A DNA stretch of 64,000 nt from a virus (taxonomy: Duplodnaviria; Caudoviricetes). Below, one piece after another: positions 28,403 through 37,653 of this stretch. Position numbers and translations under genes: made by a program. The notes under the pieces were generated by a model. The model searched no databases and had not been told where the DNA came from. It saw only the letters and a program-made list of their open reading frames with translations. Position 1 is the first letter of the stretch. Every line of letters starts with the position of its first letter. The stretch covers positions 1,278-65,277 of IMG/VR virus record IMGVR_UViG_2562617039_000002. One strand, given 5' to 3'.

Positions 28403-28779
28403 CAGGTTTCCTCACCTTCAACAACGAGCATTTCCAAATAGGCATTCCGCTCATCTGGATTGACGACGGTCTTGATTCCGAAAACCCGGTTCGGCTTGTC
28501 CCCAGTCTTCCCCGCCCGAGCATCGTATGCCCGCCACGACGCCGTAATCTGCCTTGCCGCGGTGCTGCCGCGAATGGTCAGATTGTACGGCTGCATGGAC
28601 TGCATTCGCGCCGCCATGACGCTTTCTGCATTGCTGCCGTATCGCGGTTCCAGCCTTCCCGGCACCGTGAACTGATCAATCCACTCACCGCGCGTGCCGC
28701 CCCATTCATCGCTGATCTGCTCGCGGCGCTGGAAAGTCAAACGGCAGTTCAGGCTGCCGGCACCTGCGCGCTTCGCCAT
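28402..28779 (-). CDS. Head-tail adaptor / head closure protein
   Basis: AGSL..RLTFQ, D.WGG..G.W; position in operon. Confidence 0.85.
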   Translation of the reverse strand: MAKRAGAGSLNCRLTFQRREQISDEWGGTRGEWIDQFTVPGRLEPRYGSNAESVMAARMQSMQPYNLTIRGSTAARQITASWRAYDARAGKTGDKPNRVFGIKTVVNPDERNAYLEMLVVEGEET

Positions 28780-28949
28780 GCTTCAGCCTCGTCTTTCGTG
28801 GGAGTTGGAAGTCGCTCGGCCTTGCCAGCAGCAACAGCGCGGTTAGCGCAAGGCGTTGTTACTAGCCCGACGTAGCCAGCCGGATAGCGGATCGTTACAG
28901 CTGGTTTGGGATTGAAGGCGTAGGTGGCTGTGAAGTGGAGCCAGGGCAT
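28749..28949 (-). CDS. Small head-tail region protein
   Basis: MPWLHFTATY...66 aa, overlaps the next gene. Confidence 0.65.
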   Translation of the reverse strand: MPWLHFTATYAFNPKPAVTIRYPAGYVGLVTTPCANRAVAAGKAERLPTPTKDEAEAWRSAQVPAA

Positions 28950-29025
28950 ATGCGTTCCTTTGCTCGACATGGTTGCGAGACTCGGGTTTGATGGCGCTTC
29001 GGGCGTTGGTTTCTTGGGGGAAAAC

Positions 29026-29907
29026 GTGGACAGACATAAAAACAAATATGCGTTAATCGCGCTTGGATTAGCGCTTCTCGCGATCGTCGCCACGGCTTGG
29101 CTCAGTCAGCCAACCAAACAAATGGAAGCAGGCGCAAGCGCCCCAAACGATAACCAACGTCAGCAGGATGATGTCTCTAGGATCGTAAACGCCATTAATC
29201 ATTTTGACCCCTGGAATGATACGTACGCACAATGGGCAGGCATATTGGTGTCCGTAGCCGCTGCTTCGTTCAGTGCTTGGGCTGTTTTCCTCGTCCGCGA
29301 CACGCTCCAAGAAACAAGAAGAGCTGTGAAAGCAGCCAACGATTCGGTCATCACCACGCGTGAGACAGGGCGGGATCAATGCCGAGCGTACGTTCATGTT
29401 GATCGTGCCGAGCTGCGTTGGGGAAACAATCAGGCTGCTAACCCATCTTGTTATCTCTATGCCACGAATACTGGTCAGACACCGGCACAATGGTTTGAAT
29501 ACAGGGCCTCTGTTTTTAGTCGACAACTTGATGAAGACGGCAGAGTTGCGACCACCCTACAGTTCGATGACATAGAACTTTTTGAGCGCGATCACATTCG
29601 CTGGAACGCCTTGGGTCCAGGTGCCGAGCTGTCCTTCGATGCCTCATCTGGATTCGACCGCGTGATGCGGGCTTCTTATGGTAAGCAGGACGTTTCCATA
29701 GAGGTCGCTGGCGTAATACGCTACGCAACCTTTTTCGATGAGATCTTTGAAAGCGAATTTTGGTTTATTCTTCGGCCGCCACCACAGTTCCGATTTGAGA
29801 AAACCGACAGACCGTTAAACGGACTAGCAACCTATGGCGTTCCAGAAAAGCCTCATTTGATGCAGAGAGCTGCAGGGAAATTGAAGGCATATCAGAGAAT
29901 TGCCTGA
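29026..29907 (+). CDS. Membrane-anchored hypothetical protein (antisense cargo)
   Basis: Two hydrophobic segments; AQW...AV.LVRDTL..TR...RAYVHV; GTG start inferred. Confidence 0.7.
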   Translation: MDRHKNKYALIALGLALLAIVATAWLSQPTKQMEAGASAPNDNQRQQDDVSRIVNAINHFDPWNDTYAQWAGILVSVAAASFSAWAVFLVRDTLQETRRAVKAANDSVITTRETGRDQCRAYVHVDRAELRWGNNQAANPSCYLYATNTGQTPAQWFEYRASVFSRQLDEDGRVATTLQFDDIELFERDHIRWNALGPGAELSFDASSGFDRVMRASYGKQDVSIEVAGVIRYATFFDEIFESEFWFILRPPPQFRFEKTDRPLNGLATYGVPEKPHLMQRAAGKLKAYQRIA

Positions 29908-29918
29908 AGACGAATGAT

Positions 29919-30197
29919 CTAAACCCTCAACAGCCGATATGGATCAAGCAGCCAGCGTGCCGATCTGTTCTCGAACAATTCGGCAGTCGATTGTCGCTCG
30001 CGGTTCTCGTAGAGATCTCCCGCTATAAGCAGGACCGCCGCGTCCACTTCGGATTCAGCGCCTGCGGGTACGGCATCGCGGTTCATATAACGCAACGCAG
30101 ACCCTTGAGCGGCGGCCAAATAGCTCTCAAGCTCCGTATCCTCATCATCGAATTCAATTCGAAGATGTCGCTTTAACCGATCAAGATCCACCGCCAC
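29919..30197 (-). CDS. Head-tail connector (gp6/gp15-like)
   Basis: LKRHLRIEFDDED..L..Y..AA, AVLL..GDLYENRE. Confidence 0.9.
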   Translation of the reverse strand: MAVDLDRLKRHLRIEFDDEDTELESYLAAAQGSALRYMNRDAVPAGAESEVDAAVLLIAGDLYENRERQSTAELFENRSARWLLDPYRLLRV

Positions 30198-30357
30198 GGT
30201 CGAAGCCCTTCTTTTTGGCAGGCTCATCTGCGACGCAGCCCAGCGTTCGCGCGACCTCGGCCATGCGACCAGTCACAGTATCGCCAACCTCAAACTGGCG
30301 GGGATAGACCTCGCCTTCAGGCACCGCCTTAAATGCCTTCGCAACACGCACTTCCAT
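30181..30357 (-). CDS. Small protein downstream of capsid (58 aa, not in ORF track)
   Basis: MEVRVAKAFKAVPEGEVYPRQFEVGD...; GGAGG RBS. Confidence 0.7.
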   Translation of the reverse strand: MEVRVAKAFKAVPEGEVYPRQFEVGDTVTGRMAEVARTLGCVADEPAKKKGFDRGGGS

Positions 30358-30401
30358 CAGCGCCTCCTGTAAGAAGGGCGCCCGAAGGCGCCCTTGTAAT
30401 G

Positions 30402-31613
30402 TTAAGCAGCCGCGATCTTGTGGTAACGCAGGGCCGTCGGATCGGTCACGCCGCCGCCAACGCGCTTCGTGGTGTAGAACTGCACGAACGGCTTGTTGGT
30501 GTACGGATCGCGAAGGATGCGAATACCCGTGCGGTCAACCACGAGATAACCGCGCTGGAAATCACCGAAGACAACCGGGATGGCGTCAGCGGCGATGTCC
30601 GGCATTGCAGCAAGCTCGCTGACCGGGAAGCCGAGGATAGTTGCAGGCTGGCCAGAAACCAGACCCGGCTGCCAGATGTAATTGCCCTGACCGTCCTTCA
30701 GTTTACGGATGGCGCCCTGCGTCTTGCGGTTCATAGTAAACCGCGCATTCGGAGTGCGCTCACTTGGCAGGTCGTAAACCAGATCAATGAGGCCGTCGGT
30801 CGTAAGACCGGCTGCGTCACCGCTATTCACCGTTGGGATTGCGCCCCACGGATGCGAAGCCGCAGTCGTGTAGGTCAGCAGCCCCTTCGGCTTGTCGGTG
30901 CCGTTGCCGGAAACGAACGCGATACCTTCCTGATACGCGAACTCAGTCTCGACTTCACCGGCAAGCCAGTTTTCGAGGTTGATTTCCGAATCATCCAGCA
31001 AGCGCTGCGTTGCAGCGGGATTGGCGTAGATCTCGCCGGTGTTGAACTTCACCTCGGCGAACTTTGCAGCCGGGGTTTCAGGACGCGCAGCGGATTCACC
31101 TACCCAGCCCGACGCGGTAGCGCGGTCGTTGTAGAGCTTGGAGAAGCCGTTGCCAGAAATCTGAATGACCGAAGCGATACCGCGCATCGGAGAAACGATC
31201 TTCAGCTTGTCGGTAATGGTGCGGTCCCATTCGGTCGGAGCCGTATAACCGCCGTCTTCAGGAACGGCGACGCTCATCGCGGCCTGTGGGTTGGCCTGAA
31301 TGAAGGCGTCAATGCTTGCCTCATCGCCCTTGCGGAAGAAGCGGTCGAATGCCTTGCTATACTCGGCGTTCTTGATATCGCGAGCCGGGTGGGAGGCACC
31401 AGCGGTCTGGAGAGCTGCAAGCTTCTGCGCTTGTTCATCGAGGGCAGCCTGAAGGTCGCTTACAGTGGCGTTGATGCGATCGACTTTTTCGGTGCGAACG
31501 ACATCTTCCGTGCCCTTCTTTACGTCATTAAGTGCTGCGCTGTGTTCTGCCTTGAACGCTTCAAATGCGCGGCCCTGCGCTTCAATGAGCGCCTTGATTT
31601 CATCGGGTTCCAT
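30402..31613 (-). CDS. Major capsid protein, HK97 family
   Basis: DGGYTAPTEWD, WVGE, FGDF..GY.VVDR, TKRVGG. Confidence 0.95.
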   Translation of the reverse strand: MEPDEIKALIEAQGRAFEAFKAEHSAALNDVKKGTEDVVRTEKVDRINATVSDLQAALDEQAQKLAALQTAGASHPARDIKNAEYSKAFDRFFRKGDEASIDAFIQANPQAAMSVAVPEDGGYTAPTEWDRTITDKLKIVSPMRGIASVIQISGNGFSKLYNDRATASGWVGESAARPETPAAKFAEVKFNTGEIYANPAATQRLLDDSEINLENWLAGEVETEFAYQEGIAFVSGNGTDKPKGLLTYTTAASHPWGAIPTVNSGDAAGLTTDGLIDLVYDLPSERTPNARFTMNRKTQGAIRKLKDGQGNYIWQPGLVSGQPATILGFPVSELAAMPDIAADAIPVVFGDFQRGYLVVDRTGIRILRDPYTNKPFVQFYTTKRVGGGVTDPTALRYHKIAAA

Positions 31614-31617
31614 GTGG

Positions 31618-32499
31618 TTATCCCTTGGAAAGAATATTGGTTGTGCTGACAAGAGCGGCCTTGATGCCGGTCATGTCTTTGGCTCTGGTCTTGCCAGCGT
31701 CGCGCGTGGCGTTCTCGGCGGCATCGCGCTCGCCTCGAATTTCATGGAGAAGTTGAGTGCGCGAACGGCGCGTCTCACCTGCGGCAGCTAGCGCTCGGTC
31801 AATCCGGCGCATTGCTGCGATATGTGCGGGAAGTTCAGCCTTTGCGTCGGGCTTGGAAGTTCCAGCGCCCTTTTCGTCCGCAAAGCCCTTCTCGATGGCC
31901 TCGTCGGCAGACAGCCATGTGCCGTCCGACGCCTTCGATGGCCCGTCCAACAGCGAAAGCACGACATCCTGCGCCAGTCCGGTTCGGGCGGCGTAAATAT
32001 CCGCCATCGAACTATCGAAGGACTGAAACAGCGTTGCAGCATCGGTGAAATCATGCGTGTTACCGACGGCAAGACCCCACGCCCGGTGGATCATCATCAT
32101 CGAGCCGGTTGACATGATCACCCTGTCACCGGCCATAGCGATGATCGATGCCGCAGACGCCGCATAACCCATCACGTTGACAGTGACCTCGCCGGGATGG
32201 CTTGCGAGGAGATTGTAAATCGCAAGCCCTTCGAACATGTCGCCGCCTGGCGAATTCACGTTCACTGTGACAGGGCTTTTCCCGATAGATCGAAGCGCGG
32301 CAGCGGCTCGTTTGGCCGTAAACCCGCCTCCGCTCCAATAATCCTCTCCGATCACGTCAAAGATCGAGATTGTGTTAGGATCGTCAGCTTCCGCCGCTTG
32401 TGGAGCGCTCTCCCACCGCTCCAAGGCGGAGAGAGGCACATCCCACTGATACGACTTCGGTCGCGCAACGGCTGCAACCGGCGTTCTGTTAAGGCTCAT
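31618..32499 (-). CDS. ClpP-like (S14) prohead protease
   Basis: VNSPGGDMFEG, GYAASAASII, MIHRAW. Confidence 0.92.
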   Translation of the reverse strand: MSLNRTPVAAVARPKSYQWDVPLSALERWESAPQAAEADDPNTISIFDVIGEDYWSGGGFTAKRAAAALRSIGKSPVTVNVNSPGGDMFEGLAIYNLLASHPGEVTVNVMGYAASAASIIAMAGDRVIMSTGSMMMIHRAWGLAVGNTHDFTDAATLFQSFDSSMADIYAARTGLAQDVVLSLLDGPSKASDGTWLSADEAIEKGFADEKGAGTSKPDAKAELPAHIAAMRRIDRALAAAGETRRSRTQLLHEIRGERDAAENATRDAGKTRAKDMTGIKAALVSTTNILSKG

Positions 32500-33772
32500 T
32501 GCGTGTTCCTGAAGGAGGGCGGCCAGTTTCTGGCTGCGTCATTGGATTTTTGAGGCTGTCCGCGTCTGGATCGTCGCTCTGGCTCAAGCCCACATAATCG
32601 CGGGCTTCATTCTGGGACATCCACGGTCTGGACCCGCCCGAACCCAAGGCTTTAGCGAGGAATTCGGCCTGATCTTTAATCGAACCGCGCAGCAATTCGC
32701 GCTCATCGAAGTCAGCCTGATACGATCGACGCTCTTCGCGGGTCAGCAGGCACCGCGAAACCGCCTGCTCCCAAGCGATGAACCACGGCGCCAAGCCGTA
32801 ACGAACGAAAAACTGGCCAAGGGTCTCGATGCCGCTACCCCACGACGTGTCATCCATCATCAAAAGCGGCCGCGGCACACCAAAAGCGCGCGCAACCTCC
32901 TCGATCTGATGATTTCTTGTCTCGATCTGCTGGCTGTCTCTTGCTGTCTGCGAGAACGGCTCTGCCTTCATGCCTTCTTCAAGGATCAGCCACTTGTGCG
33001 CGTTTTCCGCGCCGGAGAACTTTTCCTTGAGGCTGGTATCGAGATTTTCAAACTCATCATCACCGAGTTTGCCAGGATGCGTAAGCGCACCGCCCACCAT
33101 CGTACCGTTCTTAAACAGCCGAGCCGCAGCTTTTTCTGTCTGCATGGCAAGGCCGATGGCCTCTTTCGCCTGTTGGACGCGAGAAAGACCGATAACGCCA
33201 TCGTCCGTCATGTCGCGGAGATGAAAAATCTCCGACTGGGGGAGTTCGACATAGCGACCGCCCTTCAACACGACCTTGTAGATGACGGTCAGGTCGTCTT
33301 TCTGCTCCACCGTGACATTGGTCGGGTGCAGAGGCTGCAAAGCCACCACACGCCTGCCGCTTCGCACGATGCGGGCGTAGGCGTTGCCATAGGTCAGCGC
33401 ATGTGACTGCAGCTGCCGACGGAATTCATACGCCGTCTGCCAGTTATTCGGCTGCGTAAGAAGAACATCAAACAGAGAATGATCATCGGCTGGGTGAAGT
33501 CGCCCCTTCCCGTCCTTGTGCATCAGGTAGAAAGGCAGCATTCCGATGCTGCCTGAAATAAGGTCGACACAGCGAAAGACCGTTGTGTTAAACAGAGCAG
33601 CCTTCGGCGTCACTGCCATACCGCTAGCAGTTTCAGAGCCGCCTCCCAAGAAGGCGGCCAGCCTTGGATCATCCAAGCCGTCGAAATATTGCCAGTCAGC
33701 TCGCGGCGCTCGTTTCGGCGCGACCGTAGGCGCTGCCTCCGGTTTGGACCGGAACAGGTCTAAAATACCCAT
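32489..33772 (-). CDS. Portal protein, HK97 family
   Basis: GNAY, IARAFGVP-like VARAFGVP, MSQNEAR. Confidence 0.95.
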   Translation of the reverse strand: MGILDLFRSKPEAAPTVAPKRAPRADWQYFDGLDDPRLAAFLGGGSETASGMAVTPKAALFNTTVFRCVDLISGSIGMLPFYLMHKDGKGRLHPADDHSLFDVLLTQPNNWQTAYEFRRQLQSHALTYGNAYARIVRSGRRVVALQPLHPTNVTVEQKDDLTVIYKVVLKGGRYVELPQSEIFHLRDMTDDGVIGLSRVQQAKEAIGLAMQTEKAAARLFKNGTMVGGALTHPGKLGDDEFENLDTSLKEKFSGAENAHKWLILEEGMKAEPFSQTARDSQQIETRNHQIEEVARAFGVPRPLLMMDDTSWGSGIETLGQFFVRYGLAPWFIAWEQAVSRCLLTREERRSYQADFDERELLRGSIKDQAEFLAKALGSGGSRPWMSQNEARDYVGLSQSDDPDADSLKNPMTQPETGRPPSGTRNEP

Positions 33773-33789
33773 ATCTTTCCTTGTTCCGA

Positions 33790-35640
33790 TTAGCCGGCCA
33801 TTCGGATGCCGCGTTTCTTGTAGACGGACTCTTTCGGCATAACCGCTCCGTCCATCGCCACACCAACCGCCATTGCCAGTGCAACCGCGGCGTCGATGCG
33901 CACCGATGCCTTCGTTTTGACGAACCACCGATTGTCTTGCGGGTCATGGTCAAAGGTGGCGCCCATCAGAGCGGTCATCAGGACGGGATTGCGTCGCATA
34001 CGAATGCGACCATCGATGATCATGTCCTCGAGCGCCAACACTGAGCCCGGCATCCACAAGCCTTGCGGCGGCGGTAAGCCAGCGGCTTTCGCTGCTTCTA
34101 CCTTTGCAGGCTCGGGGCGTGCCCGAACCTTGCCTCCCTGCGGATGTGCGACATGTTCAATGTCCAACCCGAGCGCCTCGACTTCCTCGCGGAACTTGTC
34201 GTAGGCATATCGGTCGTAGGCGATGGCCTTGATATCGAAGGCGTGATCGAGTTGCTGTACCCGCGAGGCAACGAAGTCATATCGAATTCGCTTGCCCGGC
34301 GGGGCATTCAGCCAGCCCTGCTTTACCCAGAGCGCATAGGGCGCCTTGTCGGCCTGTTCTCGCGCCTCCAGAGTATCAGCTGGCGTCCAAGCCTCCACCC
34401 ACGCATCAAACGTCGGCAGATTGACTGTAGATCCGTCTTCCCGCTCCATTTCCTTGAAGCCAGTAGGCACCACGCATGCAAGAACAGTCATGTCCTTGCT
34501 GCCGGATAGGTCGACGCCCATGAAAACCGGCTTGTCTGCGTGTTCGACTTCGGGATCGAAATCGTCCATTACGCTTTCGACTGTCTCGCGTGGCATCCAT
34601 GCCTTGTCGGCATCGGTCCAGCAGCAGAAATGGAGGCGCAAAATGCCGTTCAGCTTGCCTGGCATTTGCTTCGCCTGAGCGACAACACCGGCCAGATATT
34701 CCTGCGTCAGGATAACGCCGAGAAGCGGGTTAGCCTTCTTCCAGCAGGTTTCGTCCTTGAGCGGATCGTCGCCCTTGTCCAGCGCGCAGACATAGGAAAA
34801 CGTCGTGTCGTCGATCACCTCGCCGACATAGGTAAAATCCTCGTCAGGCGTTTGCGTGCCAGCGGCTACCTTGATGGCGTGCTCGTGCTCTTCCCAGCAA
34901 ATACTGTTTCTGTCGCTGCCCGAGTTCGTAATCATCAGCAGCAGAGGCTGACGACGAAATTTGAAGCCGCGCTCCAGCATTTCCATCGTCGAGCGGTCGG
35001 GATGTTCGTGCACCTCGTCACAAAGCGCGAAATGCGGACGCGGACCAGAGCCAGACTTGCCGGAATCCTTCGAGATCGGGCGAAAGAACGATTGGGATTT
35101 GTGATGCGCAATGTTGAACTCGCGCCCGATGCCGCCGCTGAACTTCAACCGTTCGACCAACGCAGGAGCGGCGCGAACCATTTTAACGGCATCCTGGAAG
35201 AGAATTCCCGCCTGCTCCTTCTTGGCAGCCGCAGCATAGATCTGCGCGCCAGCCTCCTTGTCAGCGATCAGCCCGTACAGTCCGACACCGCCAGCAAACG
35301 GTGACTTACCGTTGCCCTTACCTTCCTCGATGTAGGCGCGACGAAAGCGGCGAGAACCGTCGGCCCGTTTCCATCCGAACAGCGAACCCAGCTTGAAAGC
35401 CTGCGAGGAATGCAGCTTGAAAGGCTTGCCTTCGAACTGGCCTTCAGAAAGCTTGAGTCGCCCTTCAAAGAACCGAAACACGCGGTCGGCAGCATCGTCG
35501 TCCCAATATAGCCCGCGCTCGTGCCCATGTTCGAGATCGTCGAAATGGCGGCGGCAGGCATTGCGAACGTGAGGGCCGGCAACTTCTCTGCCATCAATGA
35601 CAGCTTGCGCATAAGCGCTCACACGCTCAAGCGCAGGCAT
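33790..35640 (-). CDS. Terminase large subunit
   Basis: Walker A EEGKGNGKS, DEVHEH, GVDLS, RIDAAVAL. Confidence 0.95.
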   Translation of the reverse strand: MPALERVSAYAQAVIDGREVAGPHVRNACRRHFDDLEHGHERGLYWDDDAADRVFRFFEGRLKLSEGQFEGKPFKLHSSQAFKLGSLFGWKRADGSRRFRRAYIEEGKGNGKSPFAGGVGLYGLIADKEAGAQIYAAAAKKEQAGILFQDAVKMVRAAPALVERLKFSGGIGREFNIAHHKSQSFFRPISKDSGKSGSGPRPHFALCDEVHEHPDRSTMEMLERGFKFRRQPLLLMITNSGSDRNSICWEEHEHAIKVAAGTQTPDEDFTYVGEVIDDTTFSYVCALDKGDDPLKDETCWKKANPLLGVILTQEYLAGVVAQAKQMPGKLNGILRLHFCCWTDADKAWMPRETVESVMDDFDPEVEHADKPVFMGVDLSGSKDMTVLACVVPTGFKEMEREDGSTVNLPTFDAWVEAWTPADTLEAREQADKAPYALWVKQGWLNAPPGKRIRYDFVASRVQQLDHAFDIKAIAYDRYAYDKFREEVEALGLDIEHVAHPQGGKVRARPEPAKVEAAKAAGLPPPQGLWMPGSVLALEDMIIDGRIRMRRNPVLMTALMGATFDHDPQDNRWFVKTKASVRIDAAVALAMAVGVAMDGAVMPKESVYKKRGIRMAG

Positions 35641-35641
35641 A

Positions 35642-36028
35642 TCAGTCAAGCAAATCATCCTTTTCCTCGCCCTCGTCAGGTGTCGCCACCTTGGAGGCAT
35701 CGGCAGGCGTAGCGCCCATCTGGCCAAGCATCTGCCGAAGCAAATTCATCGCCTGCACGCCTACCTCCTGCCCGGCCATAATGCGTCCCTGAATAGTCGA
35801 GGCCATTCCGACCAGTGTTCGATGCGATTCATTCAGCCACGGCAGCTCTTTGGCGAAAAGCTTCCAGGCTGACTTCGCTTTGATCTCAGCGCTGTCCTTC
35901 AACCAAACGGGAGGAGCCCCAAGAGGGCCGTTTGCGGCCGGTTCGGCGCGGTTTTTGTACCGACCGGCATTGATTTTGTCGCGACCCTCGACCTTTGCTT
36001 TGCCGAGGGGATTTCTCGGCTTTGCCAT
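35642..36028 (-). CDS. Terminase small subunit
   Basis: PP.WL...W, LGQMGATPADASKV; position. Confidence 0.85.
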   Translation of the reverse strand: MAKPRNPLGKAKVEGRDKINAGRYKNRAEPAANGPLGAPPVWLKDSAEIKAKSAWKLFAKELPWLNESHRTLVGMASTIQGRIMAGQEVGVQAMNLLRQMLGQMGATPADASKVATPDEGEEKDDLLD

Positions 36029-36138
36029 GGAATGAAATCCTTATGGGGTCATGTTTTGAATTGCAGATGCGTGCGCTGTCGGTCCCCGCTGGTCCTGTGA
36101 CTGCGGACGTGGACACTTTTTGATGCCCCCGGGGTCGA

Positions 36139-36450
36139 TCAACCGACCGGCCATCCATCGGGACCAAACCGAACGACGTCTTGGCCGAGCTCTTCGCGCT
36201 GTTTGATGCGGTCATGGCATGGTGCGCAGAGGCTTTGGAGGTTGTCTGGGTCAAAGAACAGCGCCTCATCGCCTTTATGTGGCCTGACATGGTCACACAC
36301 CGTTGCTGGCGTGACGTCCTCCTGCTGCAAGCAATAGGCGCACAAAGGATGCGCGGCCAGTTGCCGCTCACGTAAGCGTTGCCAGCGTGCTGTCTTGTAA
36401 AGCTTGCGATAAGCAGCAGCCTCAGTGCTGCGCTGATCACGTCTGGTCAT
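36139..36450 (-). CDS. HNH endonuclease (terminase-associated, HK97 gp74-like)
   Basis: W..LR...L..HPLC..C, CDHVRPH, NLQSLC..CH. Confidence 0.9.
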   Translation of the reverse strand: MTRRDQRSTEAAAYRKLYKTARWQRLRERQLAAHPLCAYCLQQEDVTPATVCDHVRPHKGDEALFFDPDNLQSLCAPCHDRIKQREELGQDVVRFGPDGWPVG

Positions 36451-36464
36451 GCTTACCTTCGAAT

Positions 36465-36540
36465 TGGTGCCCTAGCGAGGAATCGAACCCCGGACCATCC
36501 GCTTACAAGGCAGCTGCTCTCCCATCTGAGCTACACGGGC
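36465..36540 (-). tRNA. tRNA-Thr(UGU), two acceptor-stem mismatches
   Basis: Cloverleaf, loop CTTGTAA, GGTTCGATTCC, encoded CCA. Confidence 0.85.
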
Positions 36541-36543
36541 GAT

Positions 36544-36619
36544 TGGTTGCGGGCATCGGGATCGAACCGATCAGATCCGGCTTATGAGACCGGCGAGCAC
36601 ACCAGCGCTCTCGCCCGCT
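36544..36619 (-). tRNA. tRNA-Met(CAU), initiator-like
   Basis: Loop CTCATAA, unpaired 1:72 (A:A), GCCCGCAACCA 3' end. Confidence 0.88.
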
Positions 36620-36629
36620 GAAATTGAAT

Positions 36630-36655
36630 GGAACAATTAATCGATGACGCCCGTT
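36630..36655 (+). promoter_or_regulatory. EcfG-type promoter (GGAAC-N17-CGTT)
   Basis: Full consensus match 29 nt before the DUF883 ATG. Confidence 0.75.
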
Positions 36656-36684
36656 CTCTCCTCGTAATCGAAAAGGAGAATGAA

Positions 36685-36984
36685 ATGGCACAGACCACCG
36701 AAGGCATGCTTTCCGAACAAATCGACGCACTGCGCAAGGAAATCAGCAGCCTATCGTCCCGATTGTCAGATCATCTCGGGAATCTATCCGGCGCAACCGA
36801 CAACGCCCTCGCATCCACGAAGGACGTGGTGAATGTGCTCGCCGAAGGGGCACGTGAACATGGTCAACGTGCTGTGCAATACGCACGCGAAAATCCCGGA
36901 ACCGCATCGGCGTGGGCATCCGTCGGTCTGGTGGCCTTGGTTGCATGCATGCTCATGAAGGGCCGCGGCAGTCGTTACCGGTAG
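36685..36984 (+). CDS. ElaB/YqjD/DUF883-family tail-anchored protein
   Basis: EQIDALRKEI..L, YARENPGTA, C-terminal TM; AAGGAG RBS. Confidence 0.75.
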   Translation: MAQTTEGMLSEQIDALRKEISSLSSRLSDHLGNLSGATDNALASTKDVVNVLAEGAREHGQRAVQYARENPGTASAWASVGLVALVACMLMKGRGSRYR

Positions 36985-37013
36985 ATTCCGTTGAGCCAGC
37001 CAGTTGAAACAGA

Positions 37014-37403
37014 CTATCGCGGACCTGGCCGCCAGTCGGTATCAATCCTTCCTTCCTCAGCTTTATGAAAATACTGGGAGCAGACCAACCAACCTTTAAT
37101 TGGTCTCAACAACAGAACACATGCAATCACGATTATCGACAGGGTCGTGATTGCATGAACCCAGATCGGTGGATCAAAAACTGATTGCAACCAGATACCG
37201 AATAGCAGCGCAGGCACCGCGGCGATCGACATCGAAAAGAATGCGGGGCCGTCAGCGGGATCGGCGAACGAATAGTCCAGACCGCAAACCTCACACTGCT
37301 TGGCTAGTGTTAGATAGCCCTTGAACAGGTGTCCTTGTTGGCACCTCGGGCATAGTCCTCGGACACCGGTACGAAACGGACTGTTCGTTGCGGAATACGT
37401 CAT
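37014..37403 (-). CDS. DUF983 domain membrane protein
   Basis: GLCPRCQQGHLF.GYL....C.VCGLD....DPADGPAFF. Confidence 0.88.
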   Translation of the reverse strand: MTYSATNSPFRTGVRGLCPRCQQGHLFKGYLTLAKQCEVCGLDYSFADPADGPAFFSMSIAAVPALLFGIWLQSVFDPPIWVHAITTLSIIVIACVLLLRPIKGWLVCSQYFHKAEEGRIDTDWRPGPR

Positions 37404-37584
37404 GTCTGGCTCCTCCAACTATCAATTAGGAGGACCCAACAATCAATCAAGCCAATCGTGCCGGCGGGGAGCCTACCGCAATAGGCTCAACCCGCCGAAC
37501 CAGCAGCCGGAGGAGAAACGGCGCTGGAATAGTTACCCCACCGGCAATGCCGACAGGGGCGGCTCTTGTAACCGCACTGAAATG

Positions 37585-37607
37585 AAAAGGCCGCGCATGG
37601 CGGCCTT
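37585..37607 (-). terminator. Terminator in putative late leader (tR'-like)
   Basis: AAGGCCGC-CATGC-GCGGCCTTTT on the minus strand. Confidence 0.7.
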
Positions 37608-37653
37608 GATGTAGTCTTCCCCTCATTGGGGAGCTGAAGGGGATCGGGGTGCA

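Noticed and set aside
30333-31649. Long opposite-strand ORFs over capsid, terminase, HWE kinase, dnaN and others (e.g. 438 aa, 254 aa, 256 aa)
   Set aside because: Shadow frames of well-supported genes in GC-rich DNA; no RBS or family motifs
31618-32499. ClpP as a partner for the ANDN/AA degrons
   Set aside because: Its position between portal and capsid identifies it as the prohead protease; no phage ClpX is present
36030-36138. cos site between HNH and terS
   Set aside because: Position is typical, but the exact cohesive end cannot be determined from sequence alone
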